Shown: positions 54,440-64,000 of the stretch, in pieces
Layout: each line of letters opens with the position of its first letter
Position numbering within the stretch: the stretch's first letter is position 1
Assembly: GCA_965153285.1 (NCBI GenBank)
Contig: OZ229111.1
Strand: one strand, 5' to 3'
Source of the DNA: Podarcis tiliguerta
Lineage: Eukaryota
DNA length: 64,000 nt
Notes under the pieces: generated by a model
Told to the model about the DNA's origin: nothing
Seen by the model: the letters and a program-made list of their open reading frames with translations, nothing else
Database searches by the model: none
Program-made: the position numbers and the translations under genes

Positions 54440-56811
54440 TGTGTGTACATCATATCAAATGAAGGGGGGGCATTTTAAAACAGGATTCTCCTAAGAATGG
54501 GGAAAATAACAAAGGAAGAAGTTGCAGCCTGAATTAATGCTCTCACTGTGCTGCTTCGGGTACTGATGCCAAAGTGAAGCAGAATATGTTGATGCTGTTA
54601 GAAACATATACTAGCTTTATGCAGATAACTATACAGAACTAACAGAACACAGAAATGTGGGAAGCCCCTTACAGACCTGCTACAAATTGACAGAATACAA
54701 AGTACACCTACAGAATCTTTATAGCCCTGAGGCATAAAAAACACATATTCAAACATACTGGGTGCTTTGGTTGTTGTTGTTGTAGTAGTAGTTGTAGTTG
54801 TTATTATATCATGTAGTAAAGCCTTCCTGGGACTGTACTACTGTACTTCAGAATGCAGATGGGTGGCATGGCATATTTCATGACAAAAATTCTTGTATGT
54901 TGAAAGCCAGCACCACAGTAAGAATGCTTGCACATCTATGAGAATTGTTCTAGCCTATCCTTCTCCATTACACATTAGTTTTCCAATCCCAGAGAATTTT
55001 TGGTATGGGGAGAATTAAAAGTTTATTCTGAAGTAGTCCCATCCTTGGATGACTGTTCAATATGCTTTTCCTTAACCTATCCACTGGCTCACATTCTGTT
55101 TGCATCCAGATAACCTAGAACCTTATCTCCAGCAGTAAGATAGAATTCCATCTCTCCCTTCAGTGCACAAGACACATGCAAAGGTGAGAGTATCAATATG
55201 CTAAAGTTCTTCAGTCCCATTTAGCTCCACCTTGTCAATTTTTCTTATTGGGTGAAAAAGTGAAAAAGAAGACGACAAGGACATATTCCTGGAATCGATT
55301 CCTAGTTTGGAGAAATATATAATCTCTTCTCATCTTCTACAAGAAGCCACTGAAAGCCAGCCCCACCATTAGGCAGAGCAGGGCAGCTGATTTTGGAAAT
55401 CATGAATATGCAGCAAATTGTTAGCTATTTAATTTCTTAATGTTGTTGTATTTTTACCAGCTGGGGTGGTAAGAGAAACTTGTATATGCCTACAATAAAC
55501 CACTGCAAGTCCACTACAACACAGCTTTTCTAATAGCGGGTTTATTTGAGGCATCTATATAATAGATTATAGTTATAATTTAAGGAAACATTTAAGCAAC
55601 ATGACTGTATTACAGGAGAGCTATTATAACTACAGCTGCTTCACAGGCCCTGCTAACATACACACACTCCTGCGAGGAGCACTCTTTCTTTTACACTTCT
55701 GATTCAACACATGTGAATAGCCTCATACTATAAAGAGAGTGGCAAAACCTCTTCTCAGAAATGCACTGCTGGAGAGATGGTTTTCAAACTTTTGAGTGAA
55801 CATATAGTCAATGGAGAGCCAACAAAGCCACTTGGAGAAGAGCCCCCGATTATAATCCTTCCAAAAGTCAGGCACAAAGGGAAAGAGTTCTAGCTAGAGA
55901 CCTCTCAGTTCTGACAGCTAGATAATCTCTCATGACACTTCTAATAAAATGACAGTTTTAGATGCCAGAAAATGCAAAACGGATGCCTAGTAGTGACATA
56001 TTCCAGCTTGATCCTATTAGCACTCTCTGGCCATGACATTCCCAAACACTGTCATTTTTCAGCATAAATGTTTAACATTACTGTAAATAGCTAGCCTGCA
56101 GAACAAAGAGACAGAAGGATTGTCTGTTTGGGCATAACATATTTCCATAGTTGTGAGAATGCCCTGCTTATTTGTGTTATATCTCTATTCACCAGAAGAC
56201 TTTCCTTCAAACAACAGTGAGCCCCAGGCTTTACAGCCAAGCAAACTATGCTCTCCAACTCCCTCCTTGACAGAACAAAAGAACAAGGGAGGGTAGATTA
56301 AAAAAAAAAAAAAACCCCAACAACTCCCAAGCATATGTTCCAGGGCCGTTTTTGTTGCTGTTGTGTATAGATGACAACAGGCCCCTAGGAAGTAGCACCC
56401 TGTCCTATGACTGCTCAGTGCAGTTGGATGTTCCCAAAGTCTCTAGCACGTGGGGGCTTTCTTTTTAAAGCTAATGTTATTTCTAATCACCATCCTTGTC
56501 CTTCCTCCTTGACAACATTAGCATATCATCAGTTCCTGGCACAAGTAGGATTTCAATATATTTCAAGCAGGTTGCAGTAGAATGTTCTGTTCAGTGCACA
56601 TCATGGCCATTGCAGAGTCCCAGAGAGTGAAATCCTGACAGTAAAATACAATGATCCTAACTCAGTGATGCAACCTACAACAGTACCAACTGAATGACTG
56701 ATGTTTGGAGAGACGAAAGGAGCTCTAAAATGTCTTCCCTTCCAACCACATTAGCCAAAGTGATGCATAACCAAGATCACATAGATAAATAGAATGTGTA
56801 CCAGAGAGTGA

Positions 56812-56818
56812 GTGAGAG

Positions 56819-56857
<39 letters not shown>

Positions 56858-56884
56858 GAGAAAGAGAAAGAGACAGACAGAAAG
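56812..56884. repeat. (GAAA)n/(GA)n microsatellite immediately downstream of microexon 24a
   Basis: Direct reading of the sequence. Confidence 0.9.
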
Positions 56885-56891
56885 ACTTTAC

Positions 56892-56903
56892 CGTGTGCTG
56901 CTC
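56892..56903 (-). CDS. CACNA1A: CACNA1A alternative microexon 24a (12 nt, phase 2; inserts SSTR in the DIII S3-S4 loop)
   Basis: Minus strand ...ttccctttcactgccacttcacaacag|GAGCAGCACACG|gtaaag. Read in phase 2 it gives (T)-S-S-T-R, the peptide of rodent Cav2.1 e24a. UGC motif and a 98-nt AG-free tract upstream. Confidence 0.85.
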
Positions 56904-59900
56904 CTGTTGTGAAGTGGCAGTGAAAGGGAAGAGACAAGGAAAGTGAGTAACATTAAGAAAGAGAACACACAACATAAACCCCAAACGAACCCAATACCAC
57001 ATGCTGGCTCTGTTCAGGGACGTTTCTGAACCAAATAGGTTTTTCCTGCACCCTTCTTTGGCGGCTGCCTTGAAACACAGGGTAGTAATGTGCTACAACT
57101 GTTTAGCTACAGATGTTAGGCTAAACAAGATCAAAGCCTTGGTGTTGAGAAAATCCTTCATGCCAGCTCAGTTGGAAACCTGGGAAGTTTCCAGCATCAC
57201 TGGACAAAGCATTTCTTACAAAGAAAACAAACCTGTCTGCCCTTGCTCATCCAAAAACAAACAACAAACACAAAAAACCACCTGAGGGCAAAGGGCAGCA
57301 GCCAAAGGCGCTTCAAAAAATCTTACTCATCTCTTATGTGGAGCTTACTCTCATTCAGATTGTACTTGGTTTTTATTCAAGGCTTAATCTTTATCCTAAA
57401 TTTACATATCCTTATTCTTTCAAGCTTTTCAGTCTTTCATCAGCATCCATTTCTTGATGTGCTTACTTGGATTTATATACTAATTTCCACTGACATAAAA
57501 ATTGAGGCGTCAGATTCCAATGGTTACACAAATCCTGACTAAGGAATGAAAATGAAGAGGAGTTTGATTGAAATATCAAGTCTTTATACCTAAGCCCGCT
57601 TAGTAGGGACAAAGGCTGCAATCCTAACCCCACCTAACTGAGAGTAAGCACCACTGAATTCAATAGGACATATTTTGTAGTAGGCATGGTTAGGATTTTA
57701 AGTGTGACTTGGTTTCAAATAAACATATGTGCCTCACCACATGACATGGGAAGCTAATTAGGCTGTTTAGGTCTGGGACACTGTTTAACAATTCTCAGTC
57801 CTTACCTCTAAGCTAGTACAAATAAAAACTATTGTTTCATGAAGCTCTACTAACTTTCCCTATCAAGGTGATCATTCTTTTGTCCAAATACAGATAGCAA
57901 TAGGGGTGGGGGAGGCCAAGCTCTCATCAGCACAATTTTTTTTGGACCTAGGTGGGGTAATAGCAATTATCTTGACACTCCTCTGGTGATCCCAAGTTCC
58001 AGTCTAGAACAGTGGCTATGAAATGAGTTTACAATCCAGAATCTAGTTGCTTAACACACTGGTGTGGCTGCTACTGATGCAATAGTATGAATAAACATAA
58101 CGTAGTGGACTACAGAGCAGTTTATACAGTCAGATGACAGCAACACAGCTGAAAAACAATACAGACCCTTGTACATTTAATTGAAGCTGGCATGATTGGC
58201 TCAAAAACATTTTCTATATGCTGATGAAAATTTTAATGAAACTGATGAGAGATGAGAGAAGAACAAACCAGATCACCAGTGATATAGAATGCATAAGAAA
58301 GAGAGGAAAGGAAAAGTGCAGTAGAGGGTGGCAAGTTCCATCAGAGTAATAAATGACTGGGAAACACAACCACCAACAATGTCTCTGCAAAGTTGTTTGC
58401 ACTGACTTTTTAAATGCCAGCTATGTCAGACATTAATCCTATTCCACCATTCTTCTATGGTGGCAATTGTCAGATTATAAAAGAAAATGAGACCCATAGT
58501 CTCCAGAAGCCCCAAATCTCTGATAAATCTGTCAGATACCCATCATCTCTACTAATGCACCCCATATTCTCTTCCATGGCGCTTGCTGCCCTTATTCTTT
58601 TTGAAGCAGAAGAACTGTCCTAGTCAGATCTCCAAGGCTGAGTATATAAGCATGTGCATGTTGGATCAGTAGAATAAATGCTAATCTATTGCAAGGTGAA
58701 TTCACAGCTCTCATTCTTCAGTCCTGCAGGTACAGGATCAAGTTCCATTGTGTTAAGGTATTTTAAAAATTGGAATATCTGGAAGAGTGAGCTATGGCAG
58801 GCCTTAGAGACAATTACATTTTCACCCTGCTACACAACCCAGGTACATAGGCTTGCCTTAGTCACAAGTTCACAACACTACTGGAGCTTGCCTTTCCATG
58901 TGATGGCACTGGCTCAGTGCCACGTGCTGCATATGTGACACCTGACTAGAAACTTTAGTGACCATTCCAGGATTTCAGCCTCAGTTCTTCCCCAAGCTTG
59001 TTCTATGTCTGGCTACTTAAGAGATATGCTAGAACTGTAAGACTACCTTCACCTGAGATGCCTACAGAGGAACTCGCAGTACCATCACAACAACAAATAA
59101 TCATGAATAAAAAGGACATATGGAGGGGTTCGTAAGCGAAGCATTGCGGCCTCAGGCGAGAACGGAAGGTTTCAAATGTTCACTCTGTATTCAGGCTGCT
59201 TTGCCCATCGCCTCAGGACGGAAAAAAAATGTAAGAATAACATGCTGTTAAAGGTGTGTGATCTGGGAAAAGAGGCTGAAACACCTCCAGATTAAATCTC
59301 ACCTGGGCATGACTGGAGACAGCAACCCTGAGACCCCAGTGCATGAGTGCAAGCACTTTTGAGGAGGCCACAGCACGTTCCTAGGTTCATGCAGAGAGCC
59401 AAAAACTAGAGAAGAAAGTTGCAGATGCACGGAAGAGCTGGAAAATGGGTGCAAGGCATGCAGGTAGGGAGGAAATAAGGTGGCTATTCCAGGAGAAAGG
59501 CTGACTGCACTAATCTGGTAACCTTTGGGTTGCTGTGAAATCTCCTACCATCCTTGTGGTTTGTAGATAGAAAATATAAGATAAGGTTGCATTAATATTT
59601 TTTTTCTCATGTATCACAAGAGCCTGATGTTGAATGATGGAGTGCAGAGCACCTCAGAAAAACTGCCCATGAACTTCAAGATTTCTGGCTTTGATGAATT
59701 TTGGGATAAAGACACTAGGCAACTAACTGTTCACTAGCAGAAGCCTGCACAAGGACAACCCCAACTGCTGCTGGGCTTTCCTGCTCTTCTCCCTCCACAT
59801 AACCCCCAAATTGGCTTGGAGGGTGGGTACTGAGAGAACCCTCAGGACAGCACAATAGGGGAGGAGAGAGGATGTTTCATCAGGCAGCAATGCTTGCCCT

Positions 59901-62900
59901 GATGAAGCAATTTCCTTAGTGCTATGTTGCATTCCTCCCACTGCCAATGCATATGGAACTTCACCTGCTCGCATACTCAGAAAACCTTGTTACACTTGCC
60001 TCCACTTCACCCCCCAACTCCCCGTTTTTCTAACCACAATTTAAATGGTAAGCTCACTGGCACTGAAGGATTGTTTTTTCTTCATGGGTTGCAGTGGCAG
60101 GGCTTAACCAAATGACATGGCCACCACCACATCCATACAGCCCCACCACTCACTCCAGCCAGGGCAGAAAGGGAGTGGGAAACAAAACAAAAATGCCCTA
60201 TTGCTATGCCAACTCCCAAGCTGGCATAGTGAAGAGGCCCAGATTGGGCCCATTGGCATCATGTGATGGCAGCAGGGCTAGTTCATGATCCAGCAGATCC
60301 CTTGCTGGACTGACTCTGACCTTTCCCTGTTATGGGGTTTACCCTGACTACATCCAGTGGTGATATTGCTGGTGGTAGCTTCTGCCTGACTGCCATTTGT
60401 GCAGGCACATTGAGGTACAGTGGTGAAACATCTCTGCTGGCAGGGTTGGACAGAGGCTCACCTCTGCCTCATCCAATCTCCTCTCTAGCCAAGTGGACTG
60501 GATTGCAGCTTAGGGCTCATCTGCACTTCTGTTTGTCCTGTGCCTAGAAACAGGGTGAAACTAAGCTTTATTTCACCTGGGAGCCTCAATGGTGCCCCCC
60601 CTCTGGAGCCTTTACCCAGTGCAAAAACCTGGTTGCTCCCTTGTAGCTACGGCTCTGCCTAGAAAGCACAGGGCTGAGTGGTTTTCCACTTGACCTGCTC
60701 TTTCTAGCATGAGTCTGAGCGGTTTCCCCTTGACCCACTCCTTTCCAAGGGAACACCTGCTCTTTTGCAATAAACAGAACAAATGGCAATCTGGGGGAAA
60801 TCCGCTAAAGAGCGGTTTCCCCATGAAGAAAGCAGCAGGACAAGAGGAAGTGTGGATAAGCCTTTAGATTGCCATGTGTGCTAATAGAGCTATAACATGA
60901 ACAAACACAGAAGTGGCAACCTATTAGATTGTTCTTTCCTCTTCTACTACACCTTGGTCCAAGCTCCTAAAAATTATTTCTAGGAGGGAAAATGAATATA
61001 AATCTGTACCTTTAGAATTAGTTACCCTTGGAAGCAATTAAGACATTCAAATCCTGTCCAACGTGCTCTGAATCAATCAGCACTACACACTGTGCACATC
61101 CTATTTTCAGCTGAACCGCAGACACATGACACAGGCATGAGGTTCCCCAATACTAAGGAGTCTCTGCTTGTTTCTTCCCTTTGACTTCCTTGTTCCATGT
61201 GGGAGCAAAGGAAATCAGGAGCTGGGACCAGTTCAGTCAAGCCCTATGATAGGGATAGCCAACCTGGTGACATTTTGGTGCTTATGACTCAAATTCCCAT
61301 CAGTCTCAACATAGACAATGGTCAGGGATGATGGGAGTTGTAGGTTACATTCACACCATACATTCAAAGCACTCTTATACCACTTTAACTATCATGGCTT
61401 CCCCCAAAGAATCCTTGGAGCTGTGGTTTGATAAGGGTGCTTAGAGTTGTTAGGCCATCCCTCACAGAGTTAGAATTCCTTAACAAACTACAGTTCTCAG
61501 GGTTTTTTTTGGGGGGGGGGGGAGCCATGACTCTTCAAGTGAACAGTGCTCTAACTGCATGGTGTGGGTGTTACAGTGGTCCACAAATCTGGATGGCACC
61601 GGGCTGGCTACTCTGCCTTATGAAATGGACCAATTGCTGAGGCTGCTAAGCAGGAAAGTTATTTTCCAGTACATCTCAGAAAGTTCTTGATTCTAAATCA
61701 CTGTAACTTCATTTATTGATAAAAGTTTGAGACTCAGTTCAGAACTCCAGACATGATGTATGATGCTTCTGAGAATTCAGGAAATTCCTACTTTTCTTTT
61801 CATATGATAAATGGGATATCTCTGCATCAACCCACCCTCTTTCTTCATTCCAGTGAGTTCTTCATTATCCCAGAATAAGCTCCTGTGGAATTCCTGTAAA
61901 AAATTATTTCACCCCTCAAGATTGTAGACTCTGATTTTCAATGGATATTTTGTCATGGTTTGAAAAAAGCTAATTTGTCCAATTATAGCTTTATAGCCTA
62001 CACCCAAACACACTTATAATTTTATTGGCATCCTAAGAAATTTTCGACAGAATCTTGAGGCAGCTCTGTGAGGTAATGAGGTACCCAGGCTTGTGGAAGG
62101 TCAGAAACAGTCTTCTCCATCAAAATACATTATTATTACTATTATTATTATTATTCTTATTTCTACACTGCCCTTCATTCAAAGATCACAGGGCGGTTTA
62201 CAATATAAAAACACAAACCAGCTTCCAGTTTTCTGCCATGGCCGTTGGCTGCTTTCCCAGAATACTGGACCCCAATCGTGCAGGTTTTCAGGGTTAATAT
62301 GGGGGTAATTGGCCCTGCTGACCCCCACCCCAGGGTAGGGGTGGACTGGCCGTCACCCGCAGTTTGTCCGATAACTGCTGCTTGCTACAGAATACAGGGG
62401 CAGGGATGCTGGGTGCAAGCACTGCATGAGTTGGCAATGCTCTAATGTCATCGCCATGAGCGGGAGATCCCTGTTTCCTAAAATCATTAAAATTTGGACT
62501 AAGAAACAGGTGTATTCTGGAAAGAAGGAGATAAAAAAGACCTGCTAAACAAAACAATCATTGGATGCCAAGGTGTGGACTTGAAACGGACATTCATCAC
62601 TGTGCTTTGATTTAAGTGGGGTGAGCGACTTTCTCTTTTATTTCTCATTTGCAACTTTGGTGAACCTCACCAAGAAGGAATGAATTACTCAAAAAGAATG
62701 TGGGAGGAACTGTTAAAATCAATTTGATATTTGGCTGCATAGCCATCTGCGGAGAGCCCCAAGGCAAAAATAATGATTTGATAAGAAGGAGGCTCAGGCT
62801 GAGAAATATGGCAGTGGCTGTGGTGGTTGTGATGCAGAAGGAAAATAAATGAACTCCCCTTAGGGGAAGCAAAATACATTCAATTGACTGGGAATATCTC

Positions 62901-64000
62901 ATGCAAAAACTGCATTTTGCCTGCATGGACTATCTTTATACTTGGATTAAAGTGAAGGTGAATTTGTGGTTTGTGGCTCGCTCCCCCCCCCCCCCAGGGC
63001 CCAGGGGGAGCTGGCTTGGATCCCAGAGGAACAACAATCAACAAATAATTACTGAAACTGTGAGATATAGCCTGTGGCATTGTTTTTCTACGGAAAAATT
63101 GTATTTAGAGCAACAACTGGTTAAAAGACCTGGAAGGTCGCTGTGCTATAAATCTTACTAATTAAAGAAGAGTTGGAGGAGTGCTCAGAGCATTGGAAAA
63201 CAAAGATAAAACTGGGATGAAGGAAGGGTCAACTGGGATGACTACGCTTAAACCATTTAAAGAAGATCAATACAGGGGAAATGCTTTGCATTCGAACAGA
63301 CTTATGGATTTATGAATCACCATAGAAAGCCGCACACCAGTGATTGGAAGAAGACGTTAAGATTGGAATGATGAAACTGGGGGGAAAATAAGAGAGACGA
63401 ACGCAGGAACAACTGAAAGAGACTTTCTCTAGACATCCAGAATATGGGAAGCTCCCTTGAATTTTTTTTTTTAATTCGGATGTATAATTCATATTATTGT
63501 TTGTATGATGTGGCAAGATTTGATTTGATTTATTACCAACTGGAATATTATTAATTGAAAATTAATAAAAATTATTTACAAATATTATATATATATACCA
63601 CAAAAATGCATAACAAAGTAACAAGCAGAAGAAAGTAGCAAATGGTGAATGGATAAATTTGAGCAAAATCAGGTTCTTTTTCTTTCAAAGAAATGAGGGA
63701 AACTCTGACAATTTGAAGATGGAAGGGAAATGGTCAAGGACGGTGGTATTTGTCCAAACTAAATGTAGGGTATGTATTACCCCTTTAATGCATAAGGCTC
63801 TGTAAGAAGCATTAAGTTTCAAAATCTGCATAAGGTTCTGTGGGTGAAGGAGACAGCAGGCTGGAATTTGTAACAGATGTTTCCCTGCCACTGCCCAAGA
63901 GCACCAGATCATGTCTGCAGCCACTTTTATCTAAGAGCGTGGGATACCATCAGGTTACCTGACATAATTTTCAACTGAGCAGGGAGAGTTAGCGCCATCT

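Noticed and set aside
56904-64000. Search for exon 24 (…[22 protein letters not shown])
   Set aside because: No matching sequence found; it presumably lies beyond the window end.

Overview
Vertebrate genomic DNA, most likely from a lacertid lizard (inferred from Sauria SINEs with a Podarcis-type 5' end, plus L2, CR1 and L1 relics and MITEs). The whole window lies inside CACNA1A (Cav2.1, P/Q-type calcium channel alpha1A) on the minus strand. By hand I recovered exons homologous to human 25-43, all GT-AG and in one continuous reading frame. These include the mutually exclusive EF-hand exons 37a/37b and two microexons missed by the ORF track: 24a (12 nt, SSTR) and 31a (6 nt), which here encodes DP rather than mammalian NP. 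Exon 24 and exon 44 onward were not found and probably lie outside the window. The most interesting unannotated structure is a candidate splicing-control module in intron 37b-38 (about 11.3-12.6 kb). It has a 28-nt exon with strong splice sites that creates a junction stop codon, a 22-bp long-range complementary arm 600 nt away that could mask it, four UGCAUG (RBFOX) motifs in 46 nt, and a YCAY (NOVA) array in front of another stop-containing acceptor. There is also a 327-nt AG-free zone before microexon 31a, a 163-nt one before exon 37b, and a compact hairpin hiding a GTAAGT donor between 37a and 37b. Exon numbering follows human homology from memory; no database search was run.
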